Shown piece after piece: positions 11,843 through 23,600 of a stretch of DNA of 64,000 nucleotides. This stretch comes from Azolla caroliniana. Its lineage: Eukaryota; Plantae; Polypodiophyta. Below the pieces are notes generated by a model. The model did not search any database. It saw only the letters and a program-made list of their open reading frames with translations, and was not told the DNA's origin. The translations under genes and the position numbers were made by a program. How positions within the stretch are numbered: position 1 is the stretch's first letter; each line of letters opens with the position of its first letter. The DNA lies in NCBI GenBank assembly GCA_043228905.1, contig JBHGNT010000011.1, positions 5,332,001-5,396,000 on the forward strand, given 5' to 3'.

Positions 11843-12602
11843 ATGGGTAGCTTGCTCCCTAGTGAAAAACTAGGCTAGAGCAATTATTCATCTTGGGAGT
11901 ACAAGATGAACCAATACCTAGTCGGCCAAGGGTATTGGATCTACATCAATGGCGCAGTCAAAACCAAACCCGGCATCACAAACGCCAACTACCCAACGTG
12001 GGAGCAAGGAGCAAGTCGGGTAATGTATTGCTTGGCAACATGTGTCCACGATCACATGCTTAGCCACATTCGAGATGCCAAGACGCCTAAAGAAGCGTCG
12101 GCGAAATTAAAGAAAATTTTTGCCACCAACATGACCGCCCGCAAGCTTCAACTCCGGCAAGAGTTGAACAACATACAACAAAAAGATATGCTCGTGTCTG
12201 ATTACACCGCCAAGATCAAGAGTATTTGCGACTCGCTGGGGTTCGTCAATGTAAACGTCGATGAAGACGAGATGGTTCAAGTATGCTTGGGCGGCCTCGC
12301 ACATCGGTTTGACCCGATATGGACGACTATCTTAGCGAGAGAAAACCCTCTCCCTTTCTTCGACCTCCAATCAATGTTATTGGTCAAAGAGAACCACGTC
12401 CGAACCAAGACCAAAACGTCAGAATGACAAATGTTCTTCTCGAATTTGAATGGTTGCCGAGGGCGAGGTCGCAGCGGTAGAAGAGGTCGATTCCACCCAT
12501 CTCATGAAGGGAACTCAAACCTTCGACAACAAGACGGGTGCCATCGAGGAACCTTTGGAAGAAGGGGGAGCTTCAATGCCGAACAAAATCGGCAAACAAT
12601 GC
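11843..12602 (+). pseudogene. Copia gag N-terminal part (element C), cut by element D
   Basis: MGSLLPSEKL..NYSSWEYKMNQYLVGQGYW..ARKLQLRQELNN (UBN2-type gag); internal stops. Confidence 0.88.
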
Positions 12603-15600
12603 TGAAAACGTGAGAGTATGCGGAAGCGTAAAACAGAGAACAACATAGAGAGAGAGAGACAGAGAGACAGAGAGAGCAGAACGTAATTTCAAAATTATAT
12701 CAAGACTCTGTACACACACTATGCTAAGTAGCACTATTTATACAAGTCCTCTTGGGACTGACAGAAGTACCATGTACTTCAATGCTCACACGAGCATCTG
12801 ACACTTACTACGAGACTATAGCTACCTAGTAGTCTATCCTATACTAGGCTTCCGATTGGACTTCCGGTTACGGATTGCACCCGGCCTCCACTGCTTGCCG
12901 GTTCGGTTGCTCACCGTCATACCGATCCGTTTCGCCCGATCCGTCTCGCTTACCGGCTCCGGCTTATTCGGCCAATCCGGCTCCGGTTGAGCTTGCCACT
13001 CAACACTCCCCCTCAAGCTCAACCTGAGGTGGGGTCGTAGTGTCGACCTCTGTGACAGTCGGTTCTTCCAACCGACTTCTCCTGGCGTCACTCCGCCTTG
13101 CTCGCGCTCCTCGTCCGGTCCGCTCCCGTTTGCCGCGACCCCTTTGGTTCTGCGCGCCTCGACCCTCTCGGTCGGCATGTCTGCTCAATAGGCCCATCTC
13201 AGCACTCACGTTGCTGTGACTCCGGCGCTTGCCGATCCGTCGGTTCTCCCACGATGGCATCGACTTCCGCTGTGTCTGTGTCCCCTTGGCCTTCAGTCGA
13301 TCCGACTCATCCGGATCCATGTGTTGATCTGAGTCAGCTGTCTTCGACTTGTTCCAGCTCTTGTCTGAATCAGTACACTCCGATTCGACTTCTGGCTTCA
13401 GGCTTCTCACCACATCGGACCACTTCCGAGTCCTGGCCTTCTCCATGCTTCCCTCGGCTTCTTCAGCCGGTGAATCGAAATCGAATTCTTCATTCAACTC
13501 CGCATCATGGTCAGTACCGTCGTGATGACCTCCGCACAACATGCACTTCTCTTCCTGAGTGCACAACTCTTCTTCACAGCCGCTTGCTCCGACCTGTTCG
13601 GATGTGTCGACTGCCTTCGTCGACTCGGCTTCCTTCATCTTCTTGTCTCCTCTTCTTCCGGCTCTCCTCTTACCGACGGGTTCAACAGTTTTTTGGCCTT
13701 TGCCCGTTTCGGTAAAGACTTTGCCCTTGCTTCTCCCCCTCAAGTGCGACACGTCGAGATGCTGAATACCAAGCATGTCGGTAAAGTGCTGCAACTTGTC
13801 CGATCCGAGCGGCTTGGTGAAGATGTCGGCAACTTGCCGATCCGTATGAACATACCGTAGGTCAACTTCACCGCTCAGGACCCGCTCACGCACGAAGTGG
13901 TAGTACACCTCGATGTGCTTTGTGCGAGCATGGAACACAGGGTTCCTGGCGAGCTGCAGGCTGCTCATGTTATCGCAGTAAATTGGGATCGGGGTCGGTA
14001 CCTCGATCCGCAAGTCTCGCAGCAGTCGCCGAAGCCAGATGGCTTCACAAGTGGCAACGGTAGCGGCCCGGTAGTCAGCCTCAGTGCTTGACAAAGCCAC
14101 TGTGGGCTGCTTCTTGCTGCTCCACGCAACGGCCGCGCTACCTATGGGGAACATGTATCCAGAAGTGGAGCGGCGATCAGACGCATCGCCGGCCCAGTCA
14201 GCATCTGTGTAACCGACAAGCTCTTCGGGTATACCTCGCCGGTATAGCAGACCCCGGTCCTTAGTGCCGCTGACATACCGTAATATTCATTGCGCGCACT
14301 GAAGGTGCTCCACGGTTGGCTTCTGCATGAACTGACTTACCATGCCGACCGGATAGCTGATGTCGGGTCGGGTGATGGTTAAGTAGATCAGGCTTCCGAC
14401 AACCTGTCGGAACCGTTTCTCATTGCAGGCCGGTCCGAAGTTGGGACGGAGCTTCTGGTTCCGGTCCAGGGGTGTGGAGACAGGTCAGCAATCCGTCATG
14501 CCGAACTTATACAGCATATTCAACACGTAATGTCGTTGTGAGAGCAATATGCCGTCGGGGGTTCGGATCACTTCAATCCCAAGAAAATAATGAAGGTCCC
14601 CCAGGTCCTTCATTTCGAATGCGTCCGACAACTGGGACTTGACGCGGTTGATTTCGGGAAGACCCGGTCCGGTGATGACTAAATCATCCACATACAAGAG
14701 TATACATACCGGACCGTTAGAGCCTTGCCAGATGAACAACGAAGAGTCCGACTTAGAGACAACAAACCCCAGCTTACGCAACCGGTGCGTGATCTTCGCG
14801 TTCCAAGCTCGGGGGGCTTGCTTCAAGCCGTAAAGCGACTTCTTCAGTCGGCATACCGCCAATTTGTTCATCTCCGATTGAAATCCGGGGGGCTGAGTCA
14901 TAAAGACTTCTTCTTCAAGCTCTCCTTGAAGGAAGGCGTTCTTCACATCCATCTGGTGAAGATGCCACCCCCTTGCCGCAGCAACCGCCAGTACCACACG
15001 AACCGTCGTCATCTTCGCCACAGGAGCGAAGGTCTTGTCGTAGTCGATTCCGTGGGTCTGCACGTATCCCTTCGCCACTAATCGGGCTTTGTACCGATTA
15101 ACAGAACCGTCGGCGTTGTACTTGACCTTGTACACCCACTTGCATCCGATTGGTTTACAGTGAGGGGGAGGATCAACTAGGTCCCAAGTTTCGTTGGCAT
15201 CGAGTGCCCGCATTTCTTCGTCCATAGCGGCACGCCAATCTGCGTCCTTTGCCGCTTCTGCGTAGCTCTCCGGCTCACGCACTTCTGTCACCTTAGTCAT
15301 GTACGCATAATGATGCGCCATGTATTCATTGTACCCGTACCGCATGACGGGATCCTTCTGACGGGTTGATCGGCGCAACGCACCGTCACCTGATTTGAGG
15401 CCCTTCTTGGCCAATTCGGTCTTCGTTGCCGAAGATCTTCCTTTCTCCTTTCCGGAGTCGGATACGCACCGATCTGACTCATCATTGCCAGTTTCGAATT
15501 CCGGCATCTTCCTCTTCCCCTTCTCTTTGCACGTGAACCGTTTCCTCGGTTCCTTGTGCAGGGAGAGCATGGCAGAGTCTCCACCACTTGCCGTCTCTTC

Positions 15601-18534
15601 ATCCGACTGGTCCAACCGACTCAGTCGCTCGTTCGGTCCACTCAACCGTAACGATTCCGGACTCTCATCTTGAGTCCCGGCTTCATCATCCTCTGCCAGG
15701 GCTGATTCAGGCTCACTGGCCTGATCTTCCGACATCGGGTCGGGATCGGAAGTCGGAGTCGGTACGGAGTACTAGGATGCCGATTCATCGAACTCGACAT
15801 CCCAGCTAACTCGGACTTCCTTCCTCCGGGGTTTATAGCACTTATACCCCTTTTGCTCTTGAGCATAGCCGACTAGGATGCATTTTTCCGATTTTGCATC
15901 CAGCTTTCTCCGCTTCTAATCCGGCACATGCACATACGCTATGCCGCCGAATATCCGAAGGTGTCTTAAGTTCGGCTTGCGCCTGAAATACAGCTCATGA
16001 GCTGACACCTTGTCACCAATGCAGTTTTGTATGTAGACGGTCGTCCGGACCGCCTCCACCCAGTAGAACCGGGGCATGCTCTTCTCCTCTAACATTGCCC
16101 TTGCCCCTTCGACGAGTGTCCGGTTCTTCCTTTCGGCCACACCGTTTTGCTCCGGTGTGTATCTGCAACTGAACTCTCGCCGAATTCCCTTCTGCTGCAG
16201 ATAACTAGTGAATTGGCCGAAAAAATATTCCTTTCTGCCATCCGACCGAAGGCACTTGATCTTCCACTCTTATTCCCGTTCCACCATCTTCTGGAGGCTC
16301 CGGAAACAGTCGAAGACTTCGCTCTTCCACTCAATGAGGTAGATCCAAGTATGTCGAGTATAGTTGTCGATGAAGGAGACGAAGTATCGGCTCCCGCCAA
16401 GGCTTACACTTTGTGCCGGTCCCCACACATCCGAATGGATGAGATCGAGCTTGTTACGGCTCCGGTTCCGTTCGGTGGGGAATGGAAGCTGGTGTTGCTT
16501 CCCAAGTTGGCAGTCTTCACAAATTTCGGCTCTCCGGCCGCTGAACTTCGGCAAACCGAAAACGACTTGTTTCGTTTGCAGTTGAAGCCTCCGGTAGTTG
16601 ACGTGGCCTATCCGCTTGTGCCACAGGTCGATGTCCGACTCGACCTTCTATCGTTTCGCGAATAGAGCGGTGCCAAGGTCATTGGTGTTGAGGATAAACA
16701 TCCTCCCGTCTCTGCGCCCTTGCGCAATGACTTCGCCCTCATCCTCAATGAAGCACCTGAGGTGCGTAAACCGCACCTGCATCCCCCGGTCGACAATCTG
16801 ACCGACGGACACCAGGTTCTTCGTGATTGTCGGAACGTGTAATACGTTCATTAGCTTCCCTTTCTGTCCGACATGGCTTAGAGGGACCTCTCCGACGTGC
16901 ACGATTGGGTGAGGAGTGTCGTCTCCGGTTTCGACTACTCCTGGTTGATCCGGTTTCTCCAGAAAGGAGAACCACTCTTTGTGGCTCGTCATGTGGTTCG
17001 ACGCGCCGGAATCAACATACCACACTTCCTCCATTTTGGAAGTGATCTTCTTCATTGAGTTTGCCTTGTGATTCATCACCAAGGCTGGCCCCTTACCGGC
17101 CTTTCCGGTTCCGGATCCTCCTGATCCGTTTGCGTAGTGCGAGTTTTGCCGGCCATCCTTACCAGTCTTGTCGGATCTGGATTTGTCCAAATCGGCACGC
17201 TTTCTCCAGCACTCGCTTTCCATGTGGCCTTTTTTGCCACAGTACCAGCATTCCGTAGCAGATTTGTCTTGCCGGCCTCCGGCACCACCTTGACTCCCCC
17301 TGCTTGTGGAAGTTCCGGAACTGTTGTCAGCACGCTCATAGTGCCTTCGTTCCTGCTCTTGCCGGCCGCCTCCATTGCGTGCCGACCCACCTCTTCCACC
17401 ATGCCCACGGAACAGATCTGTTCCCGTGTACAACATTCGGCTGTCCGGGGATGCACTAGTAGATGCACCGGCATGGTTCTCCTCTACAAGGAGCATCGAC
17501 TGTAAGTCGAAGAATGAGGGGGTATTCTCCCTTGTACACACCGCAGTCCGGAACGCTCCGAACTTGGACGCCAGGCCTCCGAGACATACCTGCACCATCT
17601 CGTCTTCCTCTACGGTAACATTGATAGAGGCGAGCGAGTCGTAGATCTCCTTTATCCGGCCCGTGTAGTTTGCCACGGACATGTTCTTCTGTCGAACATT
17701 GCTCAACTCCTGTCTGAGTTGCAGCTTCCGGGTAGTGGTGCTTGCGGCGAAAACCTTTTTCAGGTTCCCCCAAGCATCCTTCGGTGTCTTGGCGTCACAA
17801 ATGTGGCTGAGCAGTTGATCGCCGACACTGGACGCAAAGCAGTACATCACCCTGCTTGCCACATGTTCCCATACCGGGAAGTCCTTGTGTGCCGAGTCGG
17901 GCGCCGCATCATTTGCTCCTTCGACATAACTCCAGTACCCGTGTCCAAGCAGGTACTGGTGCATCTTGTAAGACCAGGATGCATAGTTGCTCCTGTCAAG
18001 CTTCTCCACCGGGAACGACGTAGCCATGCCTCTATCCATGTGTTCTACTGTGTCTGTTTTCGACCTGTTAGGGTTTTCTTCTCAAGAGTAAATGTCTGCA
18101 GCAGAGGTTCTCAACCCTCGCGCTCTGATACCATGAAAACGTGAGTTTGCGGAAGCGTAAAACAGAGAACAACATAGAGAGAGAGAGACAGAGAGACAGA
18201 GAGAGTAGAACGTAATTTCAAAATTATATCAAGACTCTGTACACACACTATGCTAAGTAGCACTATTTATACAAGTCCTCTTGGGACTGACAGAAGTACC
18301 ATGTACTTCAATGCTCACACGAGCATCTGACACTTACTACGAGACTATAGCTACCTAGTAGTCTATCCTATACTAGGCTTCCGATTGGACTTCCGGTTAC
18401 GGATTGCACCCGGCCTCCACTGCTTGCCGGTTCGGTTGCTCACCGTCATACCGATCCGTTTCGCCCGATTCGTCTCGCTTACCGGCTCCGGCTTATTCGG
18501 CCGATCCGGCTCCGGTTGAGCTTGCCACTCAACA
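12603..18534 (-). mobile_element. Full-length Ty1/copia element D, young, nested in gag of C
   Basis: LTRs 12603-13005 and 18134-18534 differ by about 4 substitutions and 1 indel; perfect TSD AATGC (12598-12602/18535-18539); PBS 18122-18133; PPT 13006-13016. Confidence 0.96.
13000..18039 (-). pseudogene. Copia gag-PR-IN-RT-RH polyprotein of D, broken by nonsense codons and frameshifts
   Basis: CWYCGKKGHMESEC knuckle, WYVDSGASNHM protease, HSDVWGP/SFID integrase, WVYKVK..YKARLVAKG..YVDD RT, STEADY..CDN..RTKHIE RNase H, plus C-terminal extension to LEGEC*. Confidence 0.93.
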
Positions 18535-18539
18535 AATGC

Positions 18540-20418
18540 CACTTACCTGCAACTATTGTGGGAAGCTCGTCCATCGTGAAGAGGAGTGTCGGAAGAAGAG
18601 AAGCGAGTCAACTTCGACAAGCCGAAAACTCACAAACTACGCCACCAACTCCAAATATGACGACTACGGTGAACTATTCATAAGGAGACATAGAGTGAAC
18701 TCTATGAGGGCCTCCAACTCCACAAGCACCTCCAACTTGGAAGACGTGCGGTTCGTCGACTCCAGCGCCTCACATCATATGATGTCACACCAAGAGTGGT
18801 TCTGTGACTACATAGAGACGGGAGATAACACCACACATCCCATTCGGCATATCGGCAATGTTCCATTCGGCAACGACAGCCAAAAAATTGCATCAAGAAT
18901 GACTTGCACGTTCCTACAATAACAAAGAATTTGGTCTCGGTCGGCCAAATCGTGAAGCAAGGGATGCAAGTTTGTTTCAACAGCAAAGGATGCTAAAAAG
19001 ATGGCCGACTCATAGCTAGAGGATGGAGAGACGGTCGAATGTTCATTCTCGATTCGAACGAGGTGAAATCGTCCATGTATGCTAAAGGTCTCAAAACCAA
19101 AACGAACATCAAGTTGTGGCACAAGAGAATCGGCCACATCAACCTCCAATGGCTCCAAGCTATGCAATCAAAGAGAGTTGTCGTCGGACTTCCGGCCTTC
19201 AAGTCGAAACGAGTCGATTGAGTGTGCAAAGCATGTCAATTCGGCAAACAACATCGACTCCCATTTCCGAAGGAGAGCTACACAAGCAAAGGCCTCCTCA
19301 ACGTCATACATTCAAATGTATGGGAAGCGACTCAAACGCCGACGATCGGCGGATGCCGATACTACGTCATCTTCATCGACGACTACTCCCACTACGCGTG
19401 GATCTTCCCTATGAAGAAGAAGAGCGAAGTGCTCTCCCACTTCCAAAAGCTCAAGGACCAGGTCAAAAAAGAAACCGGTCGGCACATTTGATGCCTACGA
19501 TCGGATGGAGGCAAAGAGTACTTCTCCAACGATTTCATCTCCTACCTCCAAGGTTAGGACATCCGGAGAATTCTCATGTCGACACACACCCTAACAAAAT
19601 GGAGTAGCTGAAAGAAAGAGTCGGCATATACTCAAGGTTGCACACGCCATGATGCATGAGAAGCACATGCTGAACTTGTATTGGGCTGAAGCGGCATCCA
19701 CGACCGTCTATCTCATGAACCAGTGCACCACTAATGGAGTGCATGAGCTAACTCCATATGAGCTCCTTGTTGGAAGGAAGTTGATCTTGTCGCACCTCAA
19801 GATGTTCGGAACCATTGTGAATGTACACATCCCGAACGAAAACCGACAAAAGCCTGACGTGATGTCGCATAAATGTATCCTCGTAGGATACTCATCTGAG
19901 AAAAAGGCATACAAGTGCTTCAACCCTTCAACCCGTGAATTCAGGTAAGTCGGGACGTAGTTTTCGATGAATCGGCATCATGGTATGAGCCCAATTCGGC
20001 TCCATCTGACCCGACCGAGGAGTCGAACGTCAACTCGGATGACGATATTCGGCCAAGTCCTTTACCAAAGGACAATCCAAACTCTACCGAGCTAAGTGAC
20101 CCACATGAGCCTTCACGCGACCAAAGCATGTTGCATCCAAGTCCGAAATTGGACAAAGGCAAAGGTAAGATGCCCGAATACGAAGTCGATCACCCCGACG
20201 ACAGTGATTCAAATGTGTCGGCTCACTCACTAGACAATGAGTTTGGTGTACCCATCATGTGGACACCCGGAGTAAAGAAGGCGCTCACATCGGCAAGCAA
20301 AAAACTTTGATGCTCATCTAGAGAGAAGAACCATGTTGCTCGGCTCAGCTACAATGAGTACATGGCCCATCATTATGCCTTCACGGTGAAGGTAGTGGCC
20401 GAACAAGAGCCCGAGAGT
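18540..20418 (+). pseudogene. Copia zinc knuckle, protease, integrase of element C; ends at the RT start
   Basis: CNYCGKLVHREEEC; FVDSSASHHM; LWHKRIGH; CKACQFGKQHR; FIDDYSHYAW; KCILVGYS; last motif EQEPES, then a jump to the 3' region. Confidence 0.9.
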
Positions 20419-20666
20419 GCGTGACCCATGACGGGTGGAAGCAGTCAGCCTTCGCCCATTTCACACTACAAGCCTTCGTCACCATCTCGAGGGGGAGGAA
20501 CCGAGATTGCCTCGGAAAGGTCGAAGAAAGCTAAAGGCCAGACGAAAGCCGACAAAAGCCAAAGCGGACGTTGGATGCCTCACGCTTGAGCTTGAGGGGG
20601 TGTGTTGAGATATCAAGCTCTACTAGATTTAGTTAGTTAGTCAACACACGTAACTTTGTAGTTACC

Positions 20667-23600
20667 GCCACCACCGAGGAATAGGATAAATTCACAGAAA
20701 ACAGGAAATACAAAATGCACGAAGTAGAATAGAGAGAAGAGTACACGGGATGTTTTTCGTGGAAAACCCTAACTGGGGAAAAACCACGGGAGTCCTCAAA
20801 CTCCAACTATCACTATAGACAGAGATGTACAATGGTGAAGCTACAAGGCAACAACCTTGAGCTCACTGTCTTCGCCACAGGCGGCGGCAGTACACAGAGG
20901 CAACGACCTCTTCGTCTCTCTCTCTCTCTCTCTCTCGGCTACTCACTTTTTTTCTCTCTCTCTCAAAATGAGCAACAACATTTAAACTGTTTGCCCTAAG
21001 TCATATTTATACACATATGACTTTCGGGCTATTTACAAATATAGCCTCAAGGGCTCTTAGCAAACATATTCACAAATATGTCCCCGCATCCGGATCTCTC
21101 TCCGGGTACATTCGTCATCTGGCTCCGTAGCCGGGGTCTTCAGCATCCAGCTCCGTAGCCGGGGTCTTCATCATCCGGATCCGTATCCGAGTACTCTTCA
21201 TCCGGCTTCATGCCGGGTACTCTTCATCATCCGGTTCCGTAACCGCAACCGGGCTTGCCGTCATTTATCTCCGGGGACATCCCATCCGGAGGGACCGAAA
21301 TCCCAACAAACTCCCCCTTCACTTCGGCATGGGATGTCTCTCCCTTCACTTCGGCATGGGATGTCTCTCCAATCCAATCCTCTTCCGGCATGCTTCCAAC
21401 TTGTCGGGTGTGAGCACTTTGGTCAGCATATCTGAGCCGTTCTCGTCCGTGTGGATCTTCGTCAGCACGAACTCCTGTTCTTCTATCCTTTCCCGGATCC
21501 AGTGATATCTTCGCTGGATGTGCTTCGTCCGGGAGTGATAGGCCGCGTTCTTCGCAAGGTGGAAGGCACTCTGACTGTCGCAGTAGAGTCGGTACTCCTC
21601 TTGCCGGATACCGAGCTCTCTAATGAAGTCCTTCATCCATATTATTTCCTTGCCGGCTTCAACAGCCGCCATGTACTCCGCCTCCGTGGTTGACAACGCA
21701 ACCGTCTTCTGCAGCCTCGACTGCCACGAAACAGCTCCCCCTGCATACGTCATCACATACCCTGATGTGGACCGGCTGGTATCTGCATCAGCCGACATAT
21801 CCGAATCGGTAAAGCCGTCGAGTTCGGCCTTACCGGAGCCGAATCGGAGGCACACGTTTGCCGTGCCCTTCAGGTATCGGAGTATCCACTTGACCGCGTT
21901 CCAGTGCTCTTTGCCGGGATTGCTCATGTACCGGCTCACCACTCCAACTGCATATCCTATGTCCGGTCTTGTACACACCATTGCGTACATCAAGCTTCCG
22001 ACGGCAGAGGCATATGGTACTTTCATCATGTCCTCTTTCTCAGCCTTTGTCTTGGGGCTTTGCTTGCTGGACAGCTTGCAGTTTGCCGGGAGGGTTGATC
22101 CGACCGGTCTTGCTTCCGACATGTTGAACCGGTGAAGCACCTTTGTTACGTACTTCTCCTGTGACAGCCACAACTGCTTCTTCTTCCGGTCTCGGATGAT
22201 GTGCATCCCTAGTATTTGCCTCGCCGGACCCAGGTCCTTCATTGAGAAGGTTCGGTGAAGTGCTTTCTTCAGCATCCGTATCTTGCCCTGGTCCCGTCCG
22301 ACGATCAACATGTCGTCCACGTACAGGAGGAGTATTAGAGAGTCTCCTCCTTCGAACTTCTTCACAAACACGCAGTGATCGGACTGCGTTTTGTGGTACC
22401 CTTCGTCGGTCATGAAGGAGTCGAACTTCCGGTACCATTGCCGGGGAGCCTGCTTCAACCGGCATACCAGTTGCTCCTTCCCTTTCTTCTCGAATCCTTC
22501 CGGTTGCTACATGTAGATTTCTTCTTCGAGGTCACCGTGAAGGAATGCCGTCTTCACGTCCATCTGTTCTACCTCGAGGTCCATGCTTGCCGCTACGCTC
22601 AGCACCGTCCGGATGGAGGTCATCTTCACTACCGGGGCAAATATCTCGTCGAAGTCGACGCCCTTCTTCGGCTGGAACCCCTTCACTACGATCCTGGCTT
22701 TGTATCTCGTGGGGTTTCCGGCATCTCCCGGTTTCAGCTTGAACACCCACTTGTTTCGAAGTGCCCGCTTACCTTTCGGCAACTCCACAAGTTCATATGT
22801 GTGGTTCTCATGCAGGGAATCCATCTCCTCCTGCATTGCACTTAACCACCTGCGGCTATGGTTGTCAAGCTTTGCTTCTTCAAAACTTTCCGGCTCCCCC
22901 TCGTCGGTTAGCAGCACGTGCTCTTGTTCCGGAAATCTCCGGGGGGCCCTTCTCTCTCTTAGAGGATATCTCCGTTCCGGAGCTTCGGTAACCGGCTCCT
23001 CCGTTTCCTCTTCATCCGAATCCATTTCGGGATCGGGGCCGGTTCCGGTATCTGTTTCATCTTCCTCGGCCGGTTCTGTTTCTTCACCGTCTTCGGCCGG
23101 ATCCTCGAGTGCTAACCGGTCCCTTGCCGGTCGGGACTGCTCCTTGTAGAGTTGATCCTCACCGGTCGACTTGGAGCTCTTCATCTTCTTCTCCGACTCC
23201 CAGTCGGCGAGTGTCTTATCCTCCATGAAGATGATATCTCGACTCCTGAATATCTTCTTGTCGACCGGGTCCCATACTCGGTAGCCGAACTCGTCGTCGC
23301 CGTAACCGAGAAATATGCATGGCCGGGTCTTTGGATCTAACTTTCCTCTCCGGTCCTTTGCCACATGCACGTATGCGAGACACCCGAACACCTTCAGATG
23401 CCGGTAGGACACTTCCTTACCGGTCCACACTTTCTGCGGCGTGTCTCCGTCCAAAGGTACTGAGGGTGATCTATTTATCACATACGTCGCCGTCGACATT
23501 GCCTCAGCCCAAAATCCCTTGGGTAATTTCGCATGCGCCAGCATACTCCGGACCCTCTCCATTATGGTCCGGTTCATCCTCTCGGCCAGCCCGTTCAGTT

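Noticed and set aside
12603-18534. Apparent conflict between near-identical LTRs and several internal stops in D
   Set aside because: About 1% LTR divergence implies enough internal transitions over 5 kb to explain a few stops; no special mechanism is needed.
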